NCBI GenBank assembly: GCA_029941885.1
Contig: JAPYTP010000001.1
Span: 13,989 to 77,988 of the forward strand
Source: Myxococcota bacterium
GTDB taxonomy: Bacteria; Myxococcota_A; UBA9160; UBA4427
DNA: 64,000 nucleotides
Reading direction: 5' to 3'
This document shows, piece after piece, positions 46,103 to 55,895 of the stretch (positions are counted from its first letter, which is position 1; each line of letters starts with the position of its first letter). The notes below the pieces were generated by a model that saw nothing but the letters and a program-made list of their open reading frames with translations, was not told the DNA's origin and ran no database searches. Position numbers and translations under genes: made by a program.

Positions 46103-46516
46103 CTAGCGTTTCATCGACTTCATCGCGATCGTCGACATCCCCTTGGCGATGACTTCGCCCTCGGGCGTGCGAAGCAGGCCCTCTGCGAAGAGGGTCTTGC
46201 CTCCCATCCGTTCGACCCAGCCTTCGGCGACGACGATGCCGGGATTCGCCGCACGATAGAAGGCGACCTTGATGTCGAGGGAGATCGAGACGCGTTCGAA
46301 ATTCGTCCTGGCCATCGCCGCCGTCGCCATCGCATTGTCGATCCAGCCCGTCACGAAGCCACCCTGGACGATATTGCCCGAGTGGCACTGATTCTCCTTG
46401 GCTTCGAACTCGACGACCACCCGGCCGAGTTCGGTGTCGAGCTCGACCATTCGGACGAAGCCCATCGTCTGCATCATCGGATCCTTCGAGGGATCCCAGC
46501 CCTTCGGAATGGACAT
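46103..46516 (-). CDS. PaaI-family hotdog-fold thioesterase
   Basis: CHSGNIVQGGFVTGWIDNAMA... 137 aa. Only the C-terminal part of the 462-aa track ORF looks genuine. Confidence 0.75.
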   Translation of the reverse strand: MSIPKGWDPSKDPMMQTMGFVRMVELDTELGRVVVEFEAKENQCHSGNIVQGGFVTGWIDNAMATAAMARTNFERVSISLDIKVAFYRAANPGIVVAEGWVERMGGKTLFAEGLLRTPEGEVIAKGMSTIAMKSMKR

Positions 46517-46527
46517 CTCTCTCCGCC

Positions 46528-47475
46528 TCAGAAATGCAGTCGGCGCTTGAGGATCTGAATGATCTCCAGCGTATTGCGCTTCGTCGGCTCGGCCTGGGGC
46601 AGGAACGCTGAGCCATGGAAAGTGCCGGCGTAGTTGTGGAGTTCGACGGAGACGCCTGCTTCGAGCATGCCCATCGCGTAGCGCAGCCCCTCGTCTCGCA
46701 AAGGGTCGAACTCCATCGTCGAAACGTAGGCGGAGGGGAGCCCCGAGAGGTCCGTGGCTCGCGAGGGGGCGGCGTAGATGGAGGGCTCCCCCTCGTGATC
46801 GGGGCCGAGGTAGTGTTGCCAGCTGAATACCGCGTTCGGTCTGTTCCAGAAGGGGGTGTCCTGGAAGGCGAGCATGGACGGCGTGTCGAGGCGATCGTCG
46901 AGCTCGGGGATCTCGAGCAGCTGATAGCAGATTGCGGGGCCCCCCCTGTCGCGCGCCATGAGCGCGAGTCCCGCAGCGATCCCGCCGCCGGCGCTCTGGC
47001 CTCCGACCGCGATGCGATCGGGGTCGATACCCAGCTCTTCCGCGTGTTCGTGTATCCATGAGAGCGCTGCATAACAGTCTTCGACGCCCGCAGGAAAGGG
47101 ATCTTCCGGGGCGAGTCGATACTCGACACTCACGACCACCGCGTCGACCTCGGCCGCGATCATCTCGCACCAACCGTCCATCATCTCGATATTGCCCAGT
47201 ATGAAACCGCCGCCGTGGATTTCGAGAAACCCGGGTCGGGGAATTTCTCCCGCTTCGGTCGGGCGATAGATTCGGATCGGTATCTCGGGGGCGTCTGCGA
47301 GCCCGGGGATCGCGCGATCCTCCTTCGAGACGTCGTCGCGGGGTGGGACGGGCGCGAATGCCTCGTTGCGCATCTCGCGTGTGGCCTCGATCTTCTCCGC
47401 CGTCGAATAGTCCTGGACAGTCGGAAGGTCGGGGAGGAACGGGAGGAAATCCGGGTCGAATGCGTAGTCTGCCAT
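46528..47475 (-). CDS. Alpha/beta hydrolase fold-3 esterase (HSL family)
   Basis: EIHGGGF, GGQSAGGG, late DPLRDEG and FHG. Confidence 0.85.
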   Translation of the reverse strand: MADYAFDPDFLPFLPDLPTVQDYSTAEKIEATREMRNEAFAPVPPRDDVSKEDRAIPGLADAPEIPIRIYRPTEAGEIPRPGFLEIHGGGFILGNIEMMDGWCEMIAAEVDAVVVSVEYRLAPEDPFPAGVEDCYAALSWIHEHAEELGIDPDRIAVGGQSAGGGIAAGLALMARDRGGPAICYQLLEIPELDDRLDTPSMLAFQDTPFWNRPNAVFSWQHYLGPDHEGEPSIYAAPSRATDLSGLPSAYVSTMEFDPLRDEGLRYAMGMLEAGVSVELHNYAGTFHGSAFLPQAEPTKRNTLEIIQILKRRLHF

Positions 47476-47598
47476 CGCGCGACGATAGCAACGGGACCTC
47501 GACCGCCAGAGGCCATGAGCGTCTGCCTATACGGCTTGCGAGTTCACCGTCCTCTCAGGTCGGAAGGAGGGAGTGGGCAGGCCCTTCGGGCGCGCCGA

Positions 47599-48693
47599 CT
47601 AGGCGGAAATCTTGTCGACGGAGGTTCGCGGCTGGGCCGGCGGGGAGTCGGCGCCGACCCAGCGAAGTGCAAGCGCTCCGCGGCGGTGGCCCGCGGTGTC
47701 CAGCCAGTTCGGGCATCCCGGATCCGAAGCCGAGATCGAGATCCGGACGCTCCCATCCTCTTCGACGTACGCCGTCTCATGGTTCACATGGGTGTCGTAG
47801 TGGAGATAGTCGAAGGACTCGAGCCAATGGTTTCCGATCTGCAGGTTCCAGTAATCGAATCTCTTGGGTGGCTCCAAGACGACGCTGTAGACCTCGTCGT
47901 CCGCGAGCTCCCAATAGCTGTAGTGATAGGTGGTATTCGGATCACCCTGCGCGACAGCCGCGAATTTCTCGTCGATCTCACGGATCTCGAAGGGATGATC
48001 CTGGAAGGAAGCGGTCCATGCGAGGAATTGGCTGATGACACCCCCCACCATGAGGCCGACCCGATCGACGGTCTGTACGAAACTCGCGGGATCCAGCGGT
48101 GCCGGCTTTTCGCCGCTGTCGGTCCGGGCGAGTTCGAGCGAAGCCGGCTTCTGTTCGCGTCTACGCAGCACCGTCTGCCGAATGTTCAGGGAGTTGGTCG
48201 CATCCCCCATCGGAAGCCAATTCCCCGACTGCCTCTCACGACTGATGAGGAGCTCGAATCCTCCATCCCTCATCGCGAGTTCATTGGTCGTGATGTAGTG
48301 GTCTCGGATCAGGCCCGTCGGGGTACCGAGTGCGCCGGAGAACGCGCCGATTCCCAGCATGGCGACGTCGTTCAATTCGCCGGTCAGCCGATAGCTGAAT
48401 TTCGGCGAGAGGCGTGCGCTCGCATAGACGTAGTCCGGATTGTCGAGTCCGATCTTGGGGCTCGTGGTCGAGAGGATCGCCTTGGCCGGATCGGACTCGT
48501 CTAGGCTCGAGCGGAGGAAGTGGCTGGTGATCCGCGCGAGATAGCGATAGCCCTCGGCGCGATCGAAATCGTCATTCGGAGCAGCGGACAGGATCTGATC
48601 TCCCGCACTCTTCAGGGTGTCACAGAAGTCATGCCACGCCTGGCCGCTCGCGAGCCGGCCGTCGACTTCTTCGCCCGATCGATTATCCGACAT
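47599..48693 (-). CDS. DUF1214-domain protein, paralogue A
   Basis: AEGYRYLARITSHFLR and a C-terminal ...NWLDTAGH..G....RW block, shared with the gene at 57105. Trimmed to MSDNRSGE. Confidence 0.55.
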   Translation of the reverse strand: MSDNRSGEEVDGRLASGQAWHDFCDTLKSAGDQILSAAPNDDFDRAEGYRYLARITSHFLRSSLDESDPAKAILSTTSPKIGLDNPDYVYASARLSPKFSYRLTGELNDVAMLGIGAFSGALGTPTGLIRDHYITTNELAMRDGGFELLISRERQSGNWLPMGDATNSLNIRQTVLRRREQKPASLELARTDSGEKPAPLDPASFVQTVDRVGLMVGGVISQFLAWTASFQDHPFEIREIDEKFAAVAQGDPNTTYHYSYWELADDEVYSVVLEPPKRFDYWNLQIGNHWLESFDYLHYDTHVNHETAYVEEDGSVRISISASDPGCPNWLDTAGHRRGALALRWVGADSPPAQPRTSVDKISA

Positions 48694-48734
48694 CGCTTGA
48701 ACGCTCCCTGGCTGTCCTGGATCCTGACTCCGGA

Positions 48735-49937
48735 TCAGAGCGCCGCATAGAACTCTTTGAGAACTGCGAACCCCGTCGGACCGCCGACCAGGCCCATGCT
48801 CATCTTGTTCATGACATAGCCGAATCCGACGCCCGCGTCCGGGTCCGCCATTCCGATGGAGCCACCGGCTCCAGGATGGCCGAACGCGCTCTCGTTTGGC
48901 GAGAGCGGCATGAAATCGCTGCGGAGCATGAACCCGAGGCCGTACCGCATGGGCATCTGGCCGAGGGTGGCGTCCGGTCCGGAGGCCTGCTCGCTTCGAG
49001 CTTGCGTGATCGAATCGGGATCGAGCAGCCGCACCCCGTCGACCTCTCCGCCACAACTGAGGGCGCCGTAGATCCGTGCGAGGGCCCGGGCATTCCCGTG
49101 CCCGTTGGCTGCGGGAATCTCCGCCTGCCGCCACTCCGCGGTGTTATGCGCGCCCGCCCTGATCTTCGGGTTGTTGAAAGCCGCCCCGGCCATCGTCGTC
49201 GGATCCGCCATGTCGCGCATGAAATCGCCCAGGGGCCCCTTGATGCGAGCGACCGTCTGCCCCTCCTTGGCCCGCGCGGGCGCGCGGGGAGGCATGATTC
49301 CACCGATCATGTCGGAGACGCGTCCGTGCTCGGCGGGAGGAAGCCCAATATGGAAGTCCACACCGAGGGGCTCTGCGACGTCCTCTCGGAAGAGCTGGCC
49401 AACACTCTTGCCGGAGACACGTCGGATGACCTCACCCACGAGGAATCCATAGGTCACGGGGTGATAGCCGTGCTGCGATCCGGGCTTCCACCAGGGCTCG
49501 GTCTCCGCGAGGGCCGCGCACATCGCATTCCAGTCATAGAGCACTTCGGAGGGCAGGACCTTGCGAACGGCAGGGAGTCCGACCTGATGGCTCAGGAGCC
49601 AGCGGACGGGCGCCTCGCCCTTGCCCGCCTGGGCGAACTCAGGCCAATAGGTCGAGACCGGCGCGTCGAGATCGATTCGCCCCTGCTCGACCAGGCGATG
49701 CGCGATCAGCGCGGTCATTCCCTTGGTCGTCGAGTAGGTGTTGGCGATCGTGTCGCGCCCCCATTCCTGTGCTTGATCCGTCGCGGTGTAGCCGCCCCAG
49801 AGATCGACGACCGATTCTCCATTCAGGGTGAACGCGATCGACGCCCCGACCTCGTCGTTCTGGAGTTTTTCGGCGAAGACTTCCCGGACCTTCGAGAAGC
49901 GTGCATCACAATGTCCGTGGATGGGGACGGCAGGCAT
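48735..49937 (-). CDS. Serine hydrolase, beta-lactamase/esterase family VIII-like (cytoplasmic)
   Basis: STTK (SxxK) motif in YSTTKGMTAL. No signal peptide. About 400 aa. Confidence 0.85.
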   Translation of the reverse strand: MPAVPIHGHCDARFSKVREVFAEKLQNDEVGASIAFTLNGESVVDLWGGYTATDQAQEWGRDTIANTYSTTKGMTALIAHRLVEQGRIDLDAPVSTYWPEFAQAGKGEAPVRWLLSHQVGLPAVRKVLPSEVLYDWNAMCAALAETEPWWKPGSQHGYHPVTYGFLVGEVIRRVSGKSVGQLFREDVAEPLGVDFHIGLPPAEHGRVSDMIGGIMPPRAPARAKEGQTVARIKGPLGDFMRDMADPTTMAGAAFNNPKIRAGAHNTAEWRQAEIPAANGHGNARALARIYGALSCGGEVDGVRLLDPDSITQARSEQASGPDATLGQMPMRYGLGFMLRSDFMPLSPNESAFGHPGAGGSIGMADPDAGVGFGYVMNKMSMGLVGGPTGFAVLKEFYAAL

Positions 49938-50036
49938 CAGTTTCGTTCTCCGAATGGATGGGGTCGATCGGGGGAGCGATTGGTCGTGAGGAGCGGATCG
50001 ATCGAAGCGATCATATCGACGGACATGTCGGGACCG

Positions 50037-51275
50037 CTAGGCAAGCAACCGCTCCGCGTTCGCCCGCAGGATGGCGTGTCGAATCTCGATTCGCCCGGAA
50101 TCCTGGGTCACGATCAAGACCTTCGCGAGCGACGCGGCGAGGTGATAGAAGGGCCAGTCGGTTCCGAAGAGCATGCGCTCGCCGCCGCTTCGGCGGATCA
50201 TTTCGTCCAGGTGGGTCAGGCTCTGCCCATGGATCCCGAACCACGCGTTTTCGTATCGAAGACCGAGATCGAGCATCGCGTTTCCATCCCGGGCGCCGGC
50301 GTGTCCCAGAACGAAGGGAAGATTCGGGAACGTAGCGAGTGCACCCTCGTAGTGGCGTGGCATCGCGTAGCGATGGCGTGAAGCGGGTTCGATGCCCGCG
50401 CGACCCCCATGGAAGAAGATGACGAGGCCGAGTCTCGCCGCGGCTTCGTAGACCTCCATCGCATCCGGCTCGTCGGGATAGAACGCCTGCACCGTCGGAT
50501 GCATCTTGATGATCCGCGCTCCGGCAGCGGCGGCGGCTTCGAGTCGTTCGATCTTCTTCGGGTCGCGCGGATGGATCGAAGCCCCGGCGATGAGCCGATC
50601 CCCGGAACCGGACTCCGCGATCGCCGCTCGCCAGTTCTCGACCAGATTGTCGCCGAAGGGAAAGTTGAAGACGATCGGAAGGATGACTGCCCGCTCGACT
50701 CGGGTCGCATCCATCTCGTCCAGCAGGTTCGGGATCGTCTGTGTTCGGAGGGCGTCGCTACCCCAAAGCCCCTGGGCGATCGTGGTCCATTGGAGTTCGT
50801 CGAGGTTCGCTTCGGTGAAATTTGCGTTGATGTAGACGTCGAGGTCGAGCTCGCAGCCGGGATCCGTCGCGTCGCAGTCGAGAAGGTGTCGCACGCGACC
50901 GGAGCGAGCCATTAGATCGAGCTTCGGTTCGAAGAGGACGGACATCCCGAAGTGGCAGTGGAGGTCGATCGCCTGCGGCACGCTTTCGTCGACCAGGCGC
51001 AGGACACCGGCGGAATCGAGCTCGAACCAGGGTAGTTCGGCGAGGCCACGATAGCCGCGGTATCGATGGACTCCGAAGGGGCCGCGGCCGGATCGTGCGC
51101 TCTCGTGCTTGCGCTGGGCAGCGAGCAGGGCGATGTCCGCCTGCGTGTAGCGATCCGGGTCCGACCCGGAGCAGGCGATCTGGCCAAGCCCGCCGAGCGG
51201 AATGCCGAGTGCGGTCGCTCCGAGCCAGCGACCCGAAGATCTGAGAAATCCGCGGCGATCGAGGGGAATGGACAT
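50037..51275 (-). CDS. Amidohydrolase-2 family metal hydrolase with a Tat signal
   Basis: MSIPLDRRGFLRSSG twin-arginine motif, DLHCHFG, FHGG, GTDWPF. Confidence 0.75.
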   Translation of the reverse strand: MSIPLDRRGFLRSSGRWLGATALGIPLGGLGQIACSGSDPDRYTQADIALLAAQRKHESARSGRGPFGVHRYRGYRGLAELPWFELDSAGVLRLVDESVPQAIDLHCHFGMSVLFEPKLDLMARSGRVRHLLDCDATDPGCELDLDVYINANFTEANLDELQWTTIAQGLWGSDALRTQTIPNLLDEMDATRVERAVILPIVFNFPFGDNLVENWRAAIAESGSGDRLIAGASIHPRDPKKIERLEAAAAAGARIIKMHPTVQAFYPDEPDAMEVYEAAARLGLVIFFHGGRAGIEPASRHRYAMPRHYEGALATFPNLPFVLGHAGARDGNAMLDLGLRYENAWFGIHGQSLTHLDEMIRRSGGERMLFGTDWPFYHLAASLAKVLIVTQDSGRIEIRHAILRANAERLLA

Positions 51276-51431
51276 TGCCTGCGAGAATAACCCGCCTGGC
51301 TCGGTCCGACGAAAAACGAGTTGGACGTGAGGTCGAGCCCCGAAAGGAAAAAAGGGGCCCCACGGCGTGCGGTGGACGCGGCAAGCCCCGCAAAAGGCGA
51401 CTAGAATCGAGCGCCCCGAGGAGGGTTCCCG

Positions 51432-52277
51432 ATGAGTCCCGCACGAGAAGAGAATCTGATCCTATGCAACGCTCCGCTGGTCGGCGGATCCATGGAGGTT
51501 TCGCCCGACCAGGTGAAGCAGATCGTCGACGCGACCGCGGACGCCGGTTTCGGCGGGGCGTCGCTCTGGGCCTTCCATCATCATGCGGCGGTCGGCGCGG
51601 GCACCTCGAAAGAGCAGGTGAGAGAGTGGCACACGGATCGCGGGCTCACGGTCCCGGTCGTCGAATCGCTCATCGGTTGGGAAGGCGGTGAACCCGCAAC
51701 GATCGAAGAACAATGTGGCGGGACCTTCGAGGTCGCCTCTTTCTATGGTGCGCAGGCGGTGGCGGGCGTCGTGATGGCGCCGGAGATCGATCGCGCGGCG
51801 GCGGCCCGGGGCCTCGCTCTGCTCGGGAAGATGGGGGCGGATCGCGGACTCAAGGTCTGCATCGAGTGGCTTCCCTGGACGGGGTTGCCGACGATCGAGA
51901 GCGCCTGGAATTTGATCCAGGAGGCAGGTGGCGACAACCTGGGCCTGGTCGTCGACACGTGGCATTGGCTGCGCCAGCCGGGCGGACCAGATCCCGAGAC
52001 GCTGCGCCAGATTCCGGGGGATCGAATCCATTGCGTTCAGCTCGACGACACGACGGTGGCGGGGACGGGCGGTGACCAGATGATGGAGTCGATGACGAAC
52101 CGGCTGCTCCCGGGGGAGGGCGAGGTCGATTGGCCGATTTTTCTCCAGCTCCTCGATGAGATCGGCGCGGATCCGATCTGGGCACCGGAGGTCTTCAACC
52201 TGGGCCTGATGGAACAGGGACCGACGGAAATGGCGCGCCGAATCGCTGAGTCGACGCGCAAGGTGCTGGGGCTCTAG
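51432..52277 (+). CDS. Sugar phosphate isomerase/epimerase (xylose-isomerase-like TIM barrel)
   Basis: Pattern ...CIEWLPW..., VVDTWHW, VQLDD, PGEGEVDW typical of AP_endonuc_2 TIM barrels. Confidence 0.7.
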   Translation: MSPAREENLILCNAPLVGGSMEVSPDQVKQIVDATADAGFGGASLWAFHHHAAVGAGTSKEQVREWHTDRGLTVPVVESLIGWEGGEPATIEEQCGGTFEVASFYGAQAVAGVVMAPEIDRAAAARGLALLGKMGADRGLKVCIEWLPWTGLPTIESAWNLIQEAGGDNLGLVVDTWHWLRQPGGPDPETLRQIPGDRIHCVQLDDTTVAGTGGDQMMESMTNRLLPGEGEVDWPIFLQLLDEIGADPIWAPEVFNLGLMEQGPTEMARRIAESTRKVLGL

Positions 52278-52299
52278 AGGGCGGGAGAGCGCAGGCTGA

Positions 52300-53862
52300 T
52301 CAGTTCGGACGAAGCGCGATCTGCTCGGCGAGCGCCAGGACGACATCATCGATCGACGTGTCCCCCTCGACGACGCCGAAGATATTGCGGTCCGGGCGCA
52401 CCAACACGGCGGGTGTCTTGTCGAAGACGTGGTCGAGTTCTCCTTCGGTCACCGCCAACCCCTCGAGCGCGACCCGCGTGATTCCGAGACGATCGGCGAT
52501 CTCGGTAGCGTCTCTTCCGAGTTCGAGATCGCTGGCTGTTCGTCCCACGAGCGCAAATTCGAGGCCCAGGAACTCGTCGAGTCCCCTCGCGTCATTCGAC
52601 TCACCGGTCTCGAGAGAACGCACGTGGGGTTGACGCAGCGGGTCGCCGATCGGAAAGCCTCGCTCGATCTGTTCCGACATCAGGGCTCCCGAGAGGACGG
52701 GCGGGGCCACCCGCTCCTTGGTGTAGTCCTTGCTCTGGCTTGGGATCGCATGCGGGTCGGGTCGGCCGGCCTCGCGCGCGGCCAGGGTCTCCATGAGCTT
52801 CCCGATTCCTACCGCGGCATCGACGAGGGTTCGGGCATGCGGGTCACGCTCATCGAAATAGCCATCGAGGAGCCGGTCGTCGCAGACTCCGCCTAGCACC
52901 AGCGGGATCCTCCATCCCAGATTCACCGCGTCGCGGAAGCCGCTGTTCAGTCCCTGCCCCAGGAAGGGGGGTGTCTGATGGGCGGAATCGCCTGCCAGGA
53001 GGACTCGGCCCTTCCTCCAGCGCTCTGCGGTCGCTGCGTGGAACTGGTATACGACCGCTCGTCGCATTTCGTATTGATCCGATGGCAGCCACTCGTCGAG
53101 CAATTGACGAATTCGTACCGGGTTTTCCATCTCCTCGCGGGTTTCGCCCTCGATCAGCTGAAATTCCCAACGCCGATAGGGGTCCTTGCCACAGATATAG
53201 GTCGAGAGACGGTTGGGATCGCAGATCTGCATGATCTGGGGCGGGAGTTTCGCCGTCGGTTCGAGCTCGATATCGACGACGAGCCATTCCTGGTCATAGC
53301 CGAGGCTTTCCCAGCCGATTTCACAATGGCGGCGGACGAAGCTGGAAGCTCCATCGCATCCCAGCAGATATGCGCAGCCGAGCTCTCGCGTCCGGTCGTT
53401 CTCGAGGTCCCGGAGCTGGAGTCGAATACCCTCCTCGGAGGATTCGATCCCGGTCGCTTCTTCTCCGAGGAATACGTCGATTCGATCCTGTTCCGCCACG
53501 AACTCGCGCATCCGGGCTTCGAGCTCGGGCTGGTCGAAGAACGCGATGTCGCGCCAACCGTGGTGCCCGGCTCCGGCGGGTGCGGGCTGACCGAAGAGTT
53601 TCTCTCGCTTCGAGTTGGTGAACCAGAGTCCGTCATTTTCGCGCGGGGGCTGGAGAATCGCGTCGATATCTCCTCCCCGACCGATCGACTGAAAGGAGCG
53701 ACAGGATTCTCCGTCGAGGCCGACTGCTCGGGGGAGATCCAGGGGACGCGTAGACCGCTCGTGGATGGAGACCCGCAAGCCGCGTTCCGCGAGCAGCAGC
53801 GCGGCAAGGGCGCCGACGGGTCCGTATCCGACGACCGAGCAATCGTAGTCGCGGTTGGGCAT
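52300..53862 (-). CDS. FAD-dependent aromatic-ring monooxygenase (MhpA / class A flavoprotein hydroxylase-like)
   Basis: YDCSVVGYGPVGALAALLLAERG (GxGxxG), CDGASS, LLAGDSAHQTPPFLGQGLNSGFRDAVNL. Start trimmed to MPNRDYD. Confidence 0.85.
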   Translation of the reverse strand: MPNRDYDCSVVGYGPVGALAALLLAERGLRVSIHERSTRPLDLPRAVGLDGESCRSFQSIGRGGDIDAILQPPRENDGLWFTNSKREKLFGQPAPAGAGHHGWRDIAFFDQPELEARMREFVAEQDRIDVFLGEEATGIESSEEGIRLQLRDLENDRTRELGCAYLLGCDGASSFVRRHCEIGWESLGYDQEWLVVDIELEPTAKLPPQIMQICDPNRLSTYICGKDPYRRWEFQLIEGETREEMENPVRIRQLLDEWLPSDQYEMRRAVVYQFHAATAERWRKGRVLLAGDSAHQTPPFLGQGLNSGFRDAVNLGWRIPLVLGGVCDDRLLDGYFDERDPHARTLVDAAVGIGKLMETLAAREAGRPDPHAIPSQSKDYTKERVAPPVLSGALMSEQIERGFPIGDPLRQPHVRSLETGESNDARGLDEFLGLEFALVGRTASDLELGRDATEIADRLGITRVALEGLAVTEGELDHVFDKTPAVLVRPDRNIFGVVEGDTSIDDVVLALAEQIALRPN

Positions 53863-53896
53863 TCTAGAATTATACGATCGAATAATATCGTTGCAA
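53863..53896 (-). promoter_or_regulatory. Sigma70-type promoter TTGCAA-16nt-TATAAT ending 6 nt before the ATG (leaderless-type)
   Basis: The minus strand reads TTGCAA (53896-53891), cgatattattcgatcg, TATAAT (53874-53869), tctaga, ATG (53862). No SD. ATTCTAGAAT (53861-53870) is a perfect 10-bp palindrome. Confidence 0.5.
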
Positions 53897-54045
53897 GGCG
53901 CAGAGATCTTTCGGTCCACTTCTCATCTGATCGCGGACGACGGCTGGGGCATTGGACGAGAGAGCGTCCCGCCCCGCCTCCCCCCGAGCATGCAGGCGAA
54001 GGCCTGGCTCTCGGCAATGATTGGGCAGTCCCCGTCCGGTGTGCT

Positions 54046-55020
54046 TCACGATTTGGTGCCCCTCCCGGGCTCTTTAGGGGAGGTGCCATGGACCGCGCGG
54101 TCCCGGAGATGATCTGCAGTCGCCTGGGCTTCGATGAAGATTCGTCGCGCGCCGGGGATTCGGGCCTTGATCTCGCGTTCGATTGCCGCCGTGTGCCGTT
54201 CGACTTCGCCGAGTGCGAGGCCGTCTCGAAATTCGACACTCACGTTCACGAGGATGTCGTCGGGACCCTGATGCATCGAAAGAACTTCGTTCACTCGTTC
54301 GATCGCGGATCGGGCGCCGAGCACCTGACGGATCTCCTCGATGACTTCGGGATCGGCGCTCTCGCCGATCAGGAGGGCCTTCGTCTCCTGGGCCAACAAG
54401 ATGGCCGCTCCAGCCAGGATGAGCCCGATCAGGACCGACGCGACACCGTCGAGGACCGGCATGTCGAGGACCTGGCCGAGTGCGATGCCCGAAAAGGCGA
54501 TCACGAGGCCGATCATGGCCGCGCTGTCCTCGAGGAGAACCGTGAAGATCGTGGGGTCCTTGCTCGCGAGCACCGCATCGAGGAGCGAACGCTTGCCACG
54601 CGTCGAATTGAACGCGCGAAAGGCAATCAGCCAGGCTGCGCCCTCGAAGACCATCGCGAATGCGAGGATGGCGTAGTTGATGTACGCATCCCGAATCGGC
54701 TCGGGATTCTGGATCTTGTGGATCCCTTCGTAGATGGACACGCCGGATCCCACCGCGAAGACCAGGATGGCGACGACGAAGGCCCAGAAATAGATCTCGC
54801 GTCCGTAACCGAATGGATGACGCTCATCCGCCGGGCGAGCCGACCGCCGCAATCCGTAGAGCAGCAGCACCTGGTTTCCCGTGTCGACGATCGAATGGAC
54901 CGCTTCGCTCAGCATGGCCGAGCTGCCGGTATAGGCTGCTCCCGCCGCCTTCATGATCGCGATCGCCGAATTTCCGACGAGCGCGGCGTAGATCACTTTC
55001 TTGTTCGAGCGGCCCGCCAT
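54046..55020 (-). CDS. Cation diffusion facilitator (CDF) family metal efflux transporter
   Basis: SSAMLSEAVHSIVDTGNQ, HPFGYGRE, six TM helices plus a C-terminal cytoplasmic domain. Confidence 0.9.
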   Translation of the reverse strand: MAGRSNKKVIYAALVGNSAIAIMKAAGAAYTGSSAMLSEAVHSIVDTGNQVLLLYGLRRSARPADERHPFGYGREIYFWAFVVAILVFAVGSGVSIYEGIHKIQNPEPIRDAYINYAILAFAMVFEGAAWLIAFRAFNSTRGKRSLLDAVLASKDPTIFTVLLEDSAAMIGLVIAFSGIALGQVLDMPVLDGVASVLIGLILAGAAILLAQETKALLIGESADPEVIEEIRQVLGARSAIERVNEVLSMHQGPDDILVNVSVEFRDGLALGEVERHTAAIEREIKARIPGARRIFIEAQATADHLRDRAVHGTSPKEPGRGTKS

Positions 55021-55063
55021 GGTTTGCTCTCGCTCCGAATTCCAGATTCCCGGGGATCATCGC

Positions 55064-55744
55064 TCACTCGGGATGCGGCGTCTCCTCACGTTCCGAAGTC
55101 AGGGTCGCTCGGAAGCGCTTGTGCAGGAGGCGAGCGCCGATCGACATGAGCACGAGCGCCACTGCGGCACCGATCGCAAGGCCGAGATCCCCTTCGAAAG
55201 CGGACCGACCCAACGCGACGAAGCCCGTCGCATAGATCATCTGAATCGCCACGCTGATCATGACGAAGGGAGCGCGGTCGACGCCCGCCAGCCCGATCAC
55301 CCAGTTCTGAACGAAATACGGGATGCCCGGGGTGAGACGGATCAGTGTGATGAAGAGTCTCTGATCGCTGCGGGTTTCGAGTCGTGGGATCTGAAGGTCA
55401 CGTTTCGCGACGAGTCGCATGAGCCGGGGTCGGAGCCAGCCCGAGGCGATCAGATGCACGAGCAGCGCGTTGATCCCGAGCGCCGGAACGATCCAGATGA
55501 CCGATGGCCAGATTCCGTAGAGCGGGCCCGCCGCAAGGTAGAAAGCACTCGCAGGCACGGGCGCCAGCAGCAACACCGACATGATTCCGAAATAGATTGG
55601 AGCCGGGGCGGATTTCAATTGTGACCACGCCGCTTCGACCACGACGCGGGCGGACTCGAGATCGCCGAGCAGAAGGAGCGTGCCGAGACCCACGATCCCG
55701 GCCAGCCCGATCGCGATCGTTGCGCGGGATTTCGTGTCGATCAA
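55064..55744 (-). CDS. TVP38/TMEM64 (DedA-related) family membrane protein
   Basis: ITLIRLTPGIPYFVQNWVIGLAGV signature. TTG start as tracked; true start uncertain. Confidence 0.7.
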   Translation of the reverse strand: MIDTKSRATIAIGLAGIVGLGTLLLLGDLESARVVVEAAWSQLKSAPAPIYFGIMSVLLLAPVPASAFYLAAGPLYGIWPSVIWIVPALGINALLVHLIASGWLRPRLMRLVAKRDLQIPRLETRSDQRLFITLIRLTPGIPYFVQNWVIGLAGVDRAPFVMISVAIQMIYATGFVALGRSAFEGDLGLAIGAAVALVLMSIGARLLHKRFRATLTSEREETPHPE

Positions 55745-55895
55745 GTTAGTCCCCGGTAGCGAATTCGCGGAGCGAAGATACCGAAATACGATCCGACGTG
55801 GGAGTTGGAATCAAGCCAGAAGTCCGCTTCTCCGGCCGTTTGCGTGCTCTATCGGGATCGAGTACCAACGAAAGCCCACCCGCCGGAAGGGCGCG

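Noticed and set aside
46517-47491. N-terminal extension of the 462-aa ORF 46103-47491
   Set aside because: Only the last 137 codons show the hotdog thioesterase pattern. The rest is Arg/Pro-rich and overlaps the genuine HSL esterase gene in another frame.
48735-49937. Beta-lactamase (AmpC-like) resistance gene
   Set aside because: It has the SxxK motif but no signal peptide and sits among esterases. It is more consistent with a cytoplasmic family-VIII esterase or penicillin-binding-fold hydrolase than a secreted beta-lactamase.
52978-55149. 723-aa plus-strand ORF
   Set aside because: It is antisense to the FAD monooxygenase and CDF transporter genes, both of which have clear family motifs. 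Its composition is non-protein-like.
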